Shown: positions 8,952-19,573, counted from the first letter of the stretch. The stretch: 64,000 bases of DNA from an archaeon (GCA_018653605.1 JABHYY010000018.1:120413-184412), one strand, 5' to 3'. The notes: generated from the sequence alone by a model not told the origin. Made by a program: numbers and translations.

Positions 8952-9959
8952 ATGGAATACACATTATACCTCTGCTTCATAATTAGTTTTGCAGTAACCT
9001 TCCTAATAGTACCTTTTTGGATAAGAGCATGTCATAGATTCAAGTTGATAAATAGGGATGTTCATAAAAATGACAACAAGAAAATCGCAGAACTTGGAGG
9101 TATAACAGTCCTTGTTGGATTTGTATTAGGTGTTCTTGCATATATTGCAATAAACACATTCATTATTGAAGGTTCAGTAACAGAACTACTAAACAAAAAC
9201 CTAAACATCATGGCATGTTTAGTAACAATTTTAATCGCAACTTTCATTGGAACAGTTGATGATCTGTTTGGCTGGAAAATAGGATTAAAACAATGGCAAA
9301 AACCAATCTTAATGGTAATTGCAGCAATCCCAGTAGCAGTAATCAATGCAGGTGAATCAATTGTAGGTTTACCAATTATAGGAAATTTTGACTTAGGTCT
9401 TTTGTTCCCATTACTAATAATTCCAATTGCAATCTCTGGCGCATCAAATGGCTTTAACATGATAGCAGGTTACAATGGATTAGAAGCAGGCATGGGGATG
9501 ATAATCTTAACAGCACTAGGTTACATTGCATGGCTTAACGATTACAGCTGGGTTACAATGATCGCACTCTGTATGGCAGCAGCACTAGCAGGATTTTACA
9601 TGTACAACAAAATACCAGCCAAGATATTTGGTGGCGACTCTTTAACATACCCAGTAGGAGCTCTGATAGGCTGCATTGCAATCTTAGGTAACATGGAAAA
9701 AGTATCACTAATTATATTCACTCCATACATAATTGAATTCTTTCTAAAAGCAAGAGGCAGGTTCAAAAAAGAAAGTTTTGCAAAACTAAACAAAGATGGT
9801 TCATTAAGCTTAAAATACAAAAAAATCTATGGCTTAGAACATTTGATATTATATCTAAAAACTAAAATGGGCAAAAAAGTTTATGAACAAGATGTAATCC
9901 TAACTTTATTCTTAATTCAACTACTGTTCATCATTCTTGGATTTATTTACATCTATTAA
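8952..9959 (+). CDS. aglH: Polyprenyl-phosphate HexNAc-1-phosphate transferase (MraY/WecA/AglH family)
   Basis: About 10 TM segments. Conserved cytoplasmic loops DDLFGWKIGLKQWQK and GASNGFNMIAGYNGLEAG are typical of GPT/MraY-family enzymes. Confidence 0.7.
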   Translation: MEYTLYLCFIISFAVTFLIVPFWIRACHRFKLINRDVHKNDNKKIAELGGITVLVGFVLGVLAYIAINTFIIEGSVTELLNKNLNIMACLVTILIATFIGTVDDLFGWKIGLKQWQKPILMVIAAIPVAVINAGESIVGLPIIGNFDLGLLFPLLIIPIAISGASNGFNMIAGYNGLEAGMGMIILTALGYIAWLNDYSWVTMIALCMAAALAGFYMYNKIPAKIFGGDSLTYPVGALIGCIAILGNMEKVSLIIFTPYIIEFFLKARGRFKKESFAKLNKDGSLSLKYKKIYGLEHLILYLKTKMGKKVYEQDVILTLFLIQLLFIILGFIYIY

Positions 9960-10760
9960 AGAACTAAACCCTTCTTCAAAAAACACTTTAGGAGACCAAT
10001 CCAACAACTCCTTAGCTTTTGAAACATTCATAACATACCTTTGAACAGCTTCCTCATGCGACAAAACCTTTTCAACTTTCAAACCAGGAAACTTTTTCTT
10101 TGCTATTTCCACAGCTTCATTCAAAGAAACTTCTTCACCAGTCCCTAGATTTATAACTTCACCTTTAACATCACTTTCAATAGCCAAACAAACAGCACCT
10201 AACAAATCATCCATATGCAAAAAGTCTCGAGTTACACCACCAGAACTTTGCATCACAAAAGGTTGATCATTTTCAATTGCATTTTTCAAATCAGAAAGGA
10301 ATCTAGTACCTGAATGCCCAGGACCATAAACAATCGGCAACCTAAAAACAACACCACCCTTTTCCAAACAGATCTTTTCAGCTAACTGTTTAGTTTTTGC
10401 ATAATCATTGGGTTCAGAACCAACCATGCTCTCTTCAAAAGGAGCATCATTGCCAGCATAAACCAAAGCACTACTAAAAAAAATAAATTTTCCATCACAA
10501 GCATCTAACACATTCTTAGTACAACCAAAATTAACAGAGTACAACTTTTCATAAGGCAAAGAAAAATTAGTCAACCCTGCCAAATGAATAACACAATCAG
10601 GTTTAATCGCCCTAACCTTTTCAAAAACTTTATCTTTATCAGTCAAATCCAAATCTTCAAAAGAAAAAGAATAAACATCATAACCTTCATTAACTAATCT
10701 CTCAATTACAAAGGAACCAATAAAGCCCCTTCCTCCAGTAACAAAAACTTTCTTAACCAT
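9921..10760 (-). CDS. NAD(P)-dependent sugar epimerase/reductase (extended SDR)
   Basis: Rossmann motif [14 protein letters not shown]. The catalytic-region spacing is typical of RmlD/GalE-like enzymes. The start is taken at MVKKVFV. Confidence 0.65.
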   Translation of the reverse strand: MVKKVFVTGGRGFIGSFVIERLVNEGYDVYSFSFEDLDLTDKDKVFEKVRAIKPDCVIHLAGLTNFSLPYEKLYSVNFGCTKNVLDACDGKFIFFSSALVYAGNDAPFEESMVGSEPNDYAKTKQLAEKICLEKGGVVFRLPIVYGPGHSGTRFLSDLKNAIENDQPFVMQSSGGVTRDFLHMDDLLGAVCLAIESDVKGEVINLGTGEEVSLNEAVEIAKKKFPGLKVEKVLSHEEAVQRYVMNVSKAKELLDWSPKVFFEEGFSSLIDVNKSKNDEQ

Positions 10761-11724
10761 ATTTAGCAAGGAACTCTCTATACCAAGCAATTGTTCCCCT
10801 TAACCCTTCTTCAATTGAATGTTTAGGAACCCATCCAAGAACATTTTTAATTTTTTCACTTGATAAATACTGATCTTTAATTTCACCCTGTACTTCATTC
10901 AAAACAGTTGGTTGAATTACACTTGGATACAAACTTGAAGTTAACCTAACTAAGTCTAAAACATTAATCTTATTCATAGTACTAATGTTAAATGCCTCAC
11001 CCTTACACTTTTCAATGTTTTCAGCAATAGTAAGATAAGCATCAACAGCGTCAGCAAGATATAAATAATCTCTAATAAAAGTTCCATCACTTCTAATGAT
11101 TGGAGACTCATTCATGTACAAACTTCTAATAGTTCCAGGTATAATTCTGTTCCAATTCAAATCACCAGGACCATACAAGTTACCACACCTTGTAACACAA
11201 ACAGGCAACCCATAAGTTTTGTAAAAAGATAATGAAATCAAATCAGTACAAGACTTTGAAACATCATAAGGATGTTCACCTTGCAAAGGAGTTTCCTCAG
11301 TATAAGGCAAAACCTTTTGTGACCCATAAGCTTTATCACTTGAAGCAACAACAACACTTTTCACGAGTTTGCTAACTCTTGCAGCTTCAAGAACATGCCA
11401 AGTACCACGGATATTAGAATCAAAAGTTGACAATGGTGACCGATTAGCAGTTCCAACAATAGCTTGTGCAGCCAAGTGAAACACAGTATCAATTTCATAC
11501 TCATTAATAGTTCTCTCTAATAATAAATAATCTTGCAAAGCACCTCTTACAATGTTAACTCTCTTATCCAAACCTAACATAAAAAAATAAGAGTTATGAA
11601 CACCATCTCTAACAAGCACAGTAACATTAGCACCTTTCTCAACAAGAGCTTTAACTAAGTTGGAACCTAACAACCCAGTTCCACCAGTCACAAAAACATT
11701 TCTGTTCTTCCAAAACTCATTCAT
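10753..11724 (-). CDS. rfbG: CDP-glucose 4,6-dehydratase-like NDP-sugar dehydratase
   Basis: [21 protein letters not shown] mirrors RfbG FWQGKRVFVTGHTGFKG. The catalytic pair is YDVSKSC (YxxxK). It lies immediately downstream of rfbF. Confidence 0.65.
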   Translation of the reverse strand: MNEFWKNRNVFVTGGTGLLGSNLVKALVEKGANVTVLVRDGVHNSYFFMLGLDKRVNIVRGALQDYLLLERTINEYEIDTVFHLAAQAIVGTANRSPLSTFDSNIRGTWHVLEAARVSKLVKSVVVASSDKAYGSQKVLPYTEETPLQGEHPYDVSKSCTDLISLSFYKTYGLPVCVTRCGNLYGPGDLNWNRIIPGTIRSLYMNESPIIRSDGTFIRDYLYLADAVDAYLTIAENIEKCKGEAFNISTMNKINVLDLVRLTSSLYPSVIQPTVLNEVQGEIKDQYLSSEKIKNVLGWVPKHSIEEGLRGTIAWYREFLAKYG

Positions 11725-12509
11725 CTCCAAACCCTCCAAGGCACTTGATTTGATTTCCAAATATTATTCAAATGCTGATGATCTCTTGTAGTATCCATAC
11801 ACTGCCAAAATCCTTTATGTTTGTATGACATAAACTGTTGCTCAGAAGCCAACTGTTTCAACGGCTCCCTTTCCAACATACAATCCGGATCTTCAGTCAA
11901 ATAATCAAATATCTTTTTATTAAAAACAAAAAAACCACCATCAATCCACCCTTCATGAATCTTAGTTTTCTTAGTAAAATCTAAAATCTGTCCATGCTCA
12001 TTAATTGTAAGGTTACCAAACCTAGTTGAAGGTCTAACAGTAGTCACAGTACCAACTTTCCCATGAGTTCTATGATAATTTAACAATTCAGGAATATTAA
12101 TGTCAGCAACACCATCACCATAAGTCACCATAAAATTATCACCAGTAATATGCTTTTCAATCTTTTTAATTCTACAACCAGTATTACTATGCAAACCAGT
12201 ATTAGCAAAAGTTATGTTCCAATCAGGAATTTCAGTATCACCATGAAATATTTTATCTCTTGTTCTCAAGTTAAAAGTATAATCTTTCACATGACTATGA
12301 AAATTCCTAAAATAATTCTTAATCATATCACCTTTGTAACCTAAACAAAGAACAAAATCATTAAACCCATAATGAGAATATGTTTTCATTATATGCCAAA
12401 GAATAGGATGAGAACCAACATTAACTAAGGGTTTAGGCATAAACTCGGTCTCTTTATTCATACGAGTACCCATTCCACCACATAATATTACAACCTTAGG
12501 TTTTTCCAT
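11721..12509 (-). CDS. rfbF: Glucose-1-phosphate cytidylyltransferase
   Basis: [56 protein letters not shown] closely matches the RfbF N-terminus (G-G-x-G-T-R signature). Confidence 0.8.
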   Translation of the reverse strand: MEKPKVVILCGGMGTRMNKETEFMPKPLVNVGSHPILWHIMKTYSHYGFNDFVLCLGYKGDMIKNYFRNFHSHVKDYTFNLRTRDKIFHGDTEIPDWNITFANTGLHSNTGCRIKKIEKHITGDNFMVTYGDGVADINIPELLNYHRTHGKVGTVTTVRPSTRFGNLTINEHGQILDFTKKTKIHEGWIDGGFFVFNKKIFDYLTEDPDCMLEREPLKQLASEQQFMSYKHKGFWQCMDTTRDHQHLNNIWKSNQVPWRVWR

Positions 12510-13186
12510 TTTGCAATCCTCCATTGAATCATGTTTGTTAAAAATTCTTTAACAGTATTAAGACGAACATTAGACCTTCCAGCCTTTCTTTCATCGAATT
12601 TAACCAACACCTCATCTACTTTAAAAGGTTTATGAACCAATCCTAACATTATTTCAGCATCAATAAACCAATCCCTAGATCTCAGGTGTAAACTATCATA
12701 AAAGTCCCTAGAAAAAAACTTAGGCTTAGCATTAATATCTCTATATTTTGTTAAAAAGAACAAATGAAACAACCCATTATAAAAAAATGAAGCAAAGATT
12801 CGCTTTAACCCATCACCTCTAGCATACCTAATAGCCTTAGCAAAATCATTTCCTGACTCTTTCATCTTTTTATACACTTTCAACATATCTTCAGGAGAAA
12901 CTTGCCCATCTCCATCAGCATACCCTAAGATATCGCCTCTACAAGCTTTCAATCCATTAATTATACCCCAGCCATAACCTTGATTTACTCTAAGAGTTAC
13001 AACTTTAATTTTGTTAGATTTCAACCTGTCCAAAATCTCCCCAGTCTTATCTTTAGAACCATTATTAACAATAACCAACTCATAATCCAACCCTTCCTTA
13101 TCAAAAGCCTTTTGCATTTTAGTCACAACTGACTCAACAATATCTTGCTCATTATACATGGGCATTACAAAAGACAACTCTACCAT
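12488..13186 (-). CDS. Family-2 glycosyltransferase (GT-A, Dpm1/DPG-synthase-like)
   Basis: LSFVMPMYNEQD...YELVIVNNGSKDKT...YADGDGQ (DxD). Confidence 0.75.
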   Translation of the reverse strand: MVELSFVMPMYNEQDIVESVVTKMQKAFDKEGLDYELVIVNNGSKDKTGEILDRLKSNKIKVVTLRVNQGYGWGIINGLKACRGDILGYADGDGQVSPEDMLKVYKKMKESGNDFAKAIRYARGDGLKRIFASFFYNGLFHLFFLTKYRDINAKPKFFSRDFYDSLHLRSRDWFIDAEIMLGLVHKPFKVDEVLVKFDERKAGRSNVRLNTVKEFLTNMIQWRIAKWKNLRL

Positions 13187-13231
13187 CCAACTTCAAAATA
13201 AAATATCTATTATAAGCTTTTTGGAGCTCAG

Positions 13232-13271
13232 ACACATTCAATAAGAACTAACTTATAGAAAAGACTTCTAA
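13232..13271. repeat. 40-bp direct repeat, copy 1: a duplicated fragment of the 3' end of the 13692-14270 methyltransferase gene
   Basis: acacattcaataagaactaacttatagaaaagacttctaa is identical to 13696-13735. On the minus strand it reads ...SLFYKLVLIECV* followed by a stop. Confidence 0.85.
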
Positions 13272-13403
13272 TGCTGATCAAGAGAATTATTCATTTAGTC
13301 TTTAAAAATTGTGTACAACAATGTTGGGTCGGTGGTTGGTTAGGTGAGTGAGGGATTCTGAAGAATCCAAATATATATAAATAAAATAAACTTTTTTGAT
13401 GAT

Positions 13404-13652
13404 ATGTCATTATACACTGGAAGGCCTAAACAAAATGCTGAAGCTTATGGTGCAGATTTACAAGCTGGAAGGTTAGATCAATTAAAAGATCATTTTGTTG
13501 CTTATAAAAATGGAGAATTACTAGATTCTAATCCAACAATAGAAGGTTTACATGCTAAACTTACAGATGAACCTGAAAGTCTTTTTATCACAAAAGTTGG
13601 TGATGAGAGAGTTATTAAATTTAGAAGACCTAGAAGAGTAATAAAGGTTTAA
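13404..13652 (+). CDS. Small hypothetical protein (82 aa)
   Basis: A clean ORF lying between the two copies of the 40-bp repeat. It is also bracketed by a 13-nt direct repeat gattctgaagaat (13319-13331 and 13662-13674). Confidence 0.4.
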   Translation: MSLYTGRPKQNAEAYGADLQAGRLDQLKDHFVAYKNGELLDSNPTIEGLHAKLTDEPESLFITKVGDERVIKFRRPRRVIKV

Positions 13653-13691
13653 GATTAAATTTAGATTCTGAAGAATTGAACAAAACCAAGA

Positions 13692-14270
13692 TCAAACACA
13701 TTCAATAAGAACTAACTTATAGAAAAGACTTCTAAACATGTGATACCTTTTCACCTTAGAATAATTATTCAACATATCCTTTAACAGAAAAAAATCCCTA
13801 ATATGCTTACCTCTATCCAAACTATACAACACCCTACCAACCAGATTATACTTCTGTGGCACAGGCTCCATAATAAAAACACCTTTTTTTGCAATCCTCT
13901 TACACTCATGCATCACCTTCTCAAACTCATCATCATCCATATGGTGTAGAAAGTTTAGTAAAAGCACTTTATCATAACTCTTATCCTTAAAATCCATATT
14001 CATTGCATCCATCACTGCAAATTTTTTATCAGGAAACTCTCTCTTAGCTTTCACAATGAATTCATCAAAAAAATCAACTCCAGTATAATTTTTCTTAAAC
14101 AATTTTGAAAATATTCCAGTCCCACACCCAATCTCTAAAACAGTCTCATCATCTTTATGATCAACAAACTTTGTCAGATTACTAAACATTGGTTTGTACG
14201 AACCAAGAACACACCATCTAACAACATCAAACAATATTGGCAAATCAAACACTTTATCTTTAATTGACAT
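13692..14270 (-). CDS. Class I SAM-dependent methyltransferase
   Basis: Motif I VLEIGCGTGIFSKLF, an acidic motif II, and LLLNFLHHMDDDE. The start is taken at MSIKDK to avoid overlap with the upstream membrane-protein gene. Confidence 0.7.
   Translation of the reverse strand: MSIKDKVFDLPILFDVVRWCVLGSYKPMFSNLTKFVDHKDDETVLEIGCGTGIFSKLFKKNYTGVDFFDEFIVKAKREFPDKKFAVMDAMNMDFKDKSYDKVLLLNFLHHMDDDEFEKVMHECKRIAKKGVFIMEPVPQKYNLVGRVLYSLDRGKHIRDFFLLKDMLNNYSKVKRYHMFRSLFYKLVLIECV
13696..13735. repeat. 40-bp direct repeat, copy 2: the native 3' end of the methyltransferase gene
   Basis: Identical to 13232-13271. It encodes the last 12 codons plus the stop of the 13692-14270 CDS. Confidence 0.85.
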
Positions 14271-15723
14271 TTTGATAGAGACAAACCTCCTCACTTTTAA
14301 ACTTTTCTTCAAATCCACACATCTTCAAAGTTTCACAATGTTCATCAAATGTAATAATATCAGTAGTTTCTAGTTCAGTTATAACTTCAGTAAAACCTTC
14401 ACAATCTTGTGCTTCTAAAGTTTCCATAGTTTGCACTTCTAAAAGATCAAGATATTCTAAAGAAGGAATCGAATACCACCCAGATGAGGTTGAAAGGTTT
14501 AGGTAAAGTGCAGCATAAGAATAATAAGCCATTTCATAAGACCCTTGTTCCATACCTAAGATAAGAAAAGTTCCTTCAACATGTTCCATTGTTTCTATCA
14601 TAGTTTCATCAAAGGTACTATTTTCAATAAAGAAAGGAGTGTGTAAAGCACTGACAACAACACTAGCCACTGCTATTAGGATCAGTAATACTGGAATAAC
14701 TCTCTTAAGTTTTGTAAACCTTGTCTTCAAGAAGAAAAATAATGTAAAAAATATAAAAAAGTAATTATAAGTGTCTGGGTAAACATACTTCAAACCAGGA
14801 ACAAAAATTATCAACCTTGTTAACACTAAAAAAGCTAAACCTAAAACAGGTAAGAAAAATAAAAATTCTTTTTTAACATTCTTACCTTTCACATAAAAGA
14901 TAAAACAAGTTAGCACAGCTAATGAAGTTATGGTTGTAATCAAAGTTTGCAACAGATACTCAGAGTTGAATAACAATAATGTTTCAGTTAAAACTATTGT
15001 AACACCATGTGAACCAAAGAAATTCATCACATAGGGATACAACCAGAATGAACCTATTACTAAAGATAAAACAAAAATTAAAGCAATGTAAACTTTTTCT
15101 CTTCTAATCACAAAAAACCATAACAGCATCACAGTTCCAAGCATTGCAATAACCTGATGAGACAAGATTGTTAAAGTGTAAACAGGTAAACCAAGTAAAA
15201 AATACTTATCTAACTCCCTATCTTTGTAATAAATAAACAAGAGTAATAAAAAACTAAGCCAGAACAAACCAAAAAATTCATGCAACCTGCCTAAACGAAG
15301 GAAATTGCCAATTGCCATAGCATTCGCAGTGAAAAAAACAAACCAGAGCAAAGATCGCAAGCAAGACATTTTTAATTTCTTTCCAAAAACCAAAAATAAA
15401 ACCAAAAAGGCAACATAAGTACCAACAAGAGATAAGTAAGCAACAACTTGCACATTACCAATTAAAAGATACAAAGGATACATAACTAAAAACCAAGCAG
15501 GTGCAATCAAAAGAAATGAAATAAACCCCCCATACCAATAAGGACAAAACTCATGAAATCCACAAGATTGTAAAAAATGCAACTGAGTCATATAAGATGA
15601 CCAATCATTAACCATGTCAAAAGGGAAAGTAAACATTACTTGTGATTGATCAATTAACCTAATCACTAAATATGCAAATAATATAACTATAGGGGCTAAT
15701 AACCACCAATCTGACTTTTTCAT
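14260..15723 (-). CDS. Polytopic integral membrane protein (≥10 TM), possibly a GT-C-type glycosyltransferase
   Basis: A 487-aa highly hydrophobic protein in glycan-locus context. No catalytic motif could be recognised by eye. Confidence 0.4.
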   Translation of the reverse strand: MKKSDWWLLAPIVILFAYLVIRLIDQSQVMFTFPFDMVNDWSSYMTQLHFLQSCGFHEFCPYWYGGFISFLLIAPAWFLVMYPLYLLIGNVQVVAYLSLVGTYVAFLVLFLVFGKKLKMSCLRSLLWFVFFTANAMAIGNFLRLGRLHEFFGLFWLSFLLLLFIYYKDRELDKYFLLGLPVYTLTILSHQVIAMLGTVMLLWFFVIRREKVYIALIFVLSLVIGSFWLYPYVMNFFGSHGVTIVLTETLLLFNSEYLLQTLITTITSLAVLTCFIFYVKGKNVKKEFLFFLPVLGLAFLVLTRLIIFVPGLKYVYPDTYNYFFIFFTLFFFLKTRFTKLKRVIPVLLILIAVASVVVSALHTPFFIENSTFDETMIETMEHVEGTFLILGMEQGSYEMAYYSYAALYLNLSTSSGWYSIPSLEYLDLLEVQTMETLEAQDCEGFTEVITELETTDIITFDEHCETLKMCGFEEKFKSEEVCLYQNVN

Positions 15724-15775
15724 TCAAGCAGAAACATTCAAAACCTTTTTAAAACTTATCAAACTTTGCTAAATA

Positions 15776-16462
15776 ATGGATAAATCCTATGAACAAGAGT
15801 ATTTCAAGCTAGAAAAGGAATATTGGTGGTTTAAAGCAAGAAGACACCTGATTAAAAAAATAAAAATCAAACCAAACCAAAAAATTTTGGAAGTTGGCTG
15901 TGGCACAGGTTTAAACCTTAACCTATTCCCAAAAAATCAAAGACATGGTATTGACATTTCTAAAGAAGCAATAAAACAAATCAAAGATTTTCCAGCAGAA
16001 GTTGCAGACATACAAAAAGTTAAACTAAAAAAATATGACATTATCCTAGCTTTAGACCTTATTGAACACCTTGACAAAGACAAACAAACACTACAAAAAC
16101 TAACAAACGCTCTAAACCCAAAAGGTAAACTCATAATCACAGTCCCAGCATTCAAATGCCTCTGGTCAAAACATGATGAAGTAAATCATCACAAAAGAAG
16201 ATACAACAGAAAACAATTCAAAACAATCCTACCTAAACAACTAAAGACAAACATCCTAACATACTGGAATTTCAGCCTATTCCCCATAGTATTCATATTA
16301 AACAAACTAAACAAAAAAAAATCAAACCTAAAACCAATCAACCCAGTTCTAAATTTCATATTCTACAATAAACTTAAACTAGAAAATTGGCTAATTACAC
16401 AAGGAATCAACTTCCCTTTTGGAACAAGTATATTCTACATAGGTGAGAAAACAGATAAATAA
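15776..16462 (+). CDS. Class I SAM-dependent methyltransferase
   Basis: Motif I ILEVGCGTGLNLNLF; post-I D-I-S; motif II ILALDLIEHL. Confidence 0.7.
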   Translation: MDKSYEQEYFKLEKEYWWFKARRHLIKKIKIKPNQKILEVGCGTGLNLNLFPKNQRHGIDISKEAIKQIKDFPAEVADIQKVKLKKYDIILALDLIEHLDKDKQTLQKLTNALNPKGKLIITVPAFKCLWSKHDEVNHHKRRYNRKQFKTILPKQLKTNILTYWNFSLFPIVFILNKLNKKKSNLKPINPVLNFIFYNKLKLENWLITQGINFPFGTSIFYIGEKTDK

Positions 16463-16493
16463 AACTTATAAAGGGAAAACTAAACTCAAACCC

Positions 16494-17372
16494 ATGCTTG
16501 TAGTAATATCAATCCCAGCTTTGAATGAAGAGAAAACATTGCCTTTTGTTTTAACTGAAATAAAAACAGTAATGGCCAGAACAAAGTACAAATACAAAAT
16601 TCTAGTAATAAATGATGGTTCTACAGATAAAACAGTACAGGTTGCAAAAAAACATGGTGCAGTAGTCTATTCAAATTCAAGGAATAAAGGTCTAGCAGAA
16701 ACATTCAAGCATGAAATGAAAAGATGTTTAGAACTAAAAGCAGACATCATAGTACACACAGATGCAGATGGACAATATCCTGCTGAATACATCCCAAAAC
16801 TAATCCAAGAAATTGAAAATGGTGCAGAATTAGTTCTAGGAAGCAGATTTGCTGGAGAAATTGAATCAATGTCATTCATGAAAAAGTTTGGCAACATTGC
16901 ATTTGCAAAATTATTCTCAAGACTAACAAAAACTGACTTAACAGATTCAACAACAGGATTCAGAGCATTCACAAGACAAATTGCAGAAGAGATTGAATAC
17001 ACAACAGACTTCACTTACACTCACGAACAACTTATCAAAGCTTCAAGATTAAAATTCAAAATAAAAGAAATTCCAATCTTTGCAAGAAAAACAAGAGAAA
17101 GCAGACTAATGAAAGGTCCACTTGACTATGCAATGAAAGCATGGATTAACATATTCAGAATCCACAGAGATTTTGCACCTTTAGCATTCTTTGGAAAAAT
17201 TGGAATTGCATTCTTAGCATTAGGATCAATCTTAGGACTATGGGTAATCTTCAATGTTGTAGCTTATGGCCAGACAGGTGGAATCCCTAGAGTTATCCTT
17301 ACAGCAATCTTAATTCTAACTGGAATACAAATTATCCTCTTTGGATTCCTAGCAGACATGCAGAAGAAATAA
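16494..17372 (+). CDS. Family-2 glycosyltransferase, dolichyl-phosphate hexose synthase-like, with a C-terminal TM anchor
   Basis: LVVISIPALNEE...KILVINDGSTDKT...HTDADGQ (DxD); two C-terminal TM helices. The start is taken at MLVVIS. Confidence 0.75.
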   Translation: MLVVISIPALNEEKTLPFVLTEIKTVMARTKYKYKILVINDGSTDKTVQVAKKHGAVVYSNSRNKGLAETFKHEMKRCLELKADIIVHTDADGQYPAEYIPKLIQEIENGAELVLGSRFAGEIESMSFMKKFGNIAFAKLFSRLTKTDLTDSTTGFRAFTRQIAEEIEYTTDFTYTHEQLIKASRLKFKIKEIPIFARKTRESRLMKGPLDYAMKAWINIFRIHRDFAPLAFFGKIGIAFLALGSILGLWVIFNVVAYGQTGGIPRVILTAILILTGIQIILFGFLADMQKK

Positions 17373-17396
17373 AAAGGATAAATTTTACTCAACCCT

Positions 17397-18509
17397 ATGA
17401 AAATCACAGTTATTGGACCAACATTTCCATACAAAGGAGGAATTTCACACTATAACACAGTTTTCTGTCAAAAATTAATCAAAAAACACAAAATAGATGC
17501 AATCTCATTCAAAAGACAATACCCAAAATTACTCTTCCCAGGCAAGGACCAAAAAGACAATAAAAGCAAAGACAGAATCAAGTTCAGAGCAACAGAAATC
17601 ATTGACACATTAAACCCATTCACTTGGCTAAAAGCAGTAAAACGAATACACGAGTTCTGTCCAGAAATAGTTCTACTTTACTGGTGGACTCCATACTTCA
17701 CATTCAACTTTTTCACAATCAGCTACTTAGTAAAAAAACTAACAAGATCAAAAGTAGTTTTTCTATGCCACAATGTAGCACCACATGAAGCAAGGTTTGT
17801 TGACAAGTTTCTAACAAAGATTGGTCTATCATACGCAGACTCATTCATTGTACATGGTGAAGAAGAAAAAGAAACACTAAAATCAATGGTACCAAAAGCA
17901 AAAATCACAAAACATGTTCACCCAACTTATGACATTTTCAAAGAAAAGTTCAAAAAGCAAGATATAAATTTAAAACTAAGAAAAAAGGTTATTTTATTCT
18001 TTGGTTATGTGAGGAAGTATAAAGGTTTAGACCATTTGTTAGATGCACTACCAGAACTAGTTAAAAAATATCCTGATTTAGACTTGCTTATTGTTGGAGA
18101 ATTTTGGAAAGACTCTGATGAAACATTAGAAAAGATAAAAAATCATCCAGCAAAGGATCACATTAAACTAGTTGACTCATATGTACCAAATGAAAAAGTA
18201 GGAAATTACTTTGAAGTATGCGACATTTGTGTTCTACCTTACAACACAGCAACAAACTCAGGAATTGTACAAACAGCATTTGCATTTGAAAAACCATGTG
18301 TTGTAACAAGAGTTGGAGCACTACCAGAAGTTGTGACTCACGACAAAACAGGCTTAGTTATCGACAGAAAAAGCCCAAAAGCAATAGTAGAAGCAGTATC
18401 ACACTTTTATGATAAAAACAAAGCAAAAGAATACAAACAAAACATAATTAAAGAAAAAGACAGATTCTCTTGGGATAGACTAGTTGAAGTCTTAGAAAAA
18501 CAAAAATGA
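17397..18509 (+). CDS. GT-B glycosyltransferase, family 4-like
   Basis: GT-B C-terminal domain: GYVRKYKGLDHLLDA...LLIVGEF...E-x7-E-like. Paralogous to 24056-25207. Confidence 0.65.
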   Translation: MKITVIGPTFPYKGGISHYNTVFCQKLIKKHKIDAISFKRQYPKLLFPGKDQKDNKSKDRIKFRATEIIDTLNPFTWLKAVKRIHEFCPEIVLLYWWTPYFTFNFFTISYLVKKLTRSKVVFLCHNVAPHEARFVDKFLTKIGLSYADSFIVHGEEEKETLKSMVPKAKITKHVHPTYDIFKEKFKKQDINLKLRKKVILFFGYVRKYKGLDHLLDALPELVKKYPDLDLLIVGEFWKDSDETLEKIKNHPAKDHIKLVDSYVPNEKVGNYFEVCDICVLPYNTATNSGIVQTAFAFEKPCVVTRVGALPEVVTHDKTGLVIDRKSPKAIVEAVSHFYDKNKAKEYKQNIIKEKDRFSWDRLVEVLEKQK

Positions 18510-19573
18510 AACCTAAAGTCGCAATAATAAACAGCACTTATGAAAGGATAGATATTAAGGAACTACTAACTTCAATAGACTACACTCCAAAGAAAAAGAA
18601 AATTCTACTAAAACCTAACATTGTTGGTCCAAAAGATGAAAACTCACATGTCATCACAAACCCCAAAGTTTTGATAGCACTAATTGAATACTTCAAAGAT
18701 TATGAAATTGTTATTGGAGAAGGGTCAGTTGCAGGCACTGACACCAAATTATGTTTTAAATCAGCAGGTTATGAAGAAATTGCAAAGAAATACAATGTTA
18801 AGCTATTAGATTTCAATGTTTGCGAAAGAAAAAAAGTAAAATGGAAATATGGAGAACTTTCACTTCCAAAGATTCTTGACACACATGAATACATTAATGT
18901 TGCAAAAATGAAAACTCATCTGCAAACCACAGTGACCCTTGCAATGAAAAACCAAAAAGGTTTATTATCACCTTTAGACAAAAAAGAGTTCCACAAGTCA
19001 GGTGAAATTAATGCAAAGATTGCAGCATTGAATGAAGTTATTAAACCTGATTTGAATGTCATTGACGCAATTGACTGTATGGAAGGCAATGGTCCTGGTG
19101 CTGAAGGTACTAAAATAACAATCAACAAATTATTAGCATCAACAGATGTTTATGCAATTGACAATGCAGCACTAAAAATAATGGGCATTCCAATTAACAA
19201 AGTAAAGTATATGAAGAAGCAAGAATACGAAACAATTGGAATTTTATCAGAACACAGATTCAAAATGCCCGACGAGTACTACCACAAACTAGGTTTAAGA
19301 ATGTGGTTCAACAGTTCTTGCTCAGGATGCAACCATAACATCATGACAGCAATCAAAACACTACCTAAGTATCCATTCAAAACAATCAAATTCTTATTTT
19401 TAGTAACATTTGGAAAATTGAACATAATTGCAGGACCAGATTATAGCAAACTACCAAAAAAAGGTAAAATAATTTGTGTAGGCACATGCACAAAAAAACT
19501 AGCAAAAGAAAAGGGTTACTTTCATATAGATGGATGTCCACCAAAAGTTGAAGAGATCATAAAATGGTTGTAG
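18506..19573 (+). CDS. DUF362-family protein with a C-terminal Cys cluster (putative Fe-S protein)
   Basis: N-terminal KVAIINSTYERID...ILLKPNIVGP...VIGEGSVAG is DUF362-like. C-terminal CSGC...CVGTC...GCPP. Paralogous to 19564-20646 and 21767-22891. Confidence 0.5.
   Translation: MKPKVAIINSTYERIDIKELLTSIDYTPKKKKILLKPNIVGPKDENSHVITNPKVLIALIEYFKDYEIVIGEGSVAGTDTKLCFKSAGYEEIAKKYNVKLLDFNVCERKKVKWKYGELSLPKILDTHEYINVAKMKTHLQTTVTLAMKNQKGLLSPLDKKEFHKSGEINAKIAALNEVIKPDLNVIDAIDCMEGNGPGAEGTKITINKLLASTDVYAIDNAALKIMGIPINKVKYMKKQEYETIGILSEHRFKMPDEYYHKLGLRMWFNSSCSGCNHNIMTAIKTLPKYPFKTIKFLFLVTFGKLNIIAGPDYSKLPKKGKIICVGTCTKKLAKEKGYFHIDGCPPKVEEIIKWL

Noticed and set aside
13296-13340. A G-rich patch (gggtcggtggttggttaggtgagtgaggg) plus the hairpin GGATTCTgaAGAATCC, considered as a tRNA/ncRNA or G-quadruplex
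   Set aside because: No cloverleaf or acceptor-stem pairing can be drawn. It is too short for a tRNA. It is kept only as part of the repeat-bounded insertion finding.
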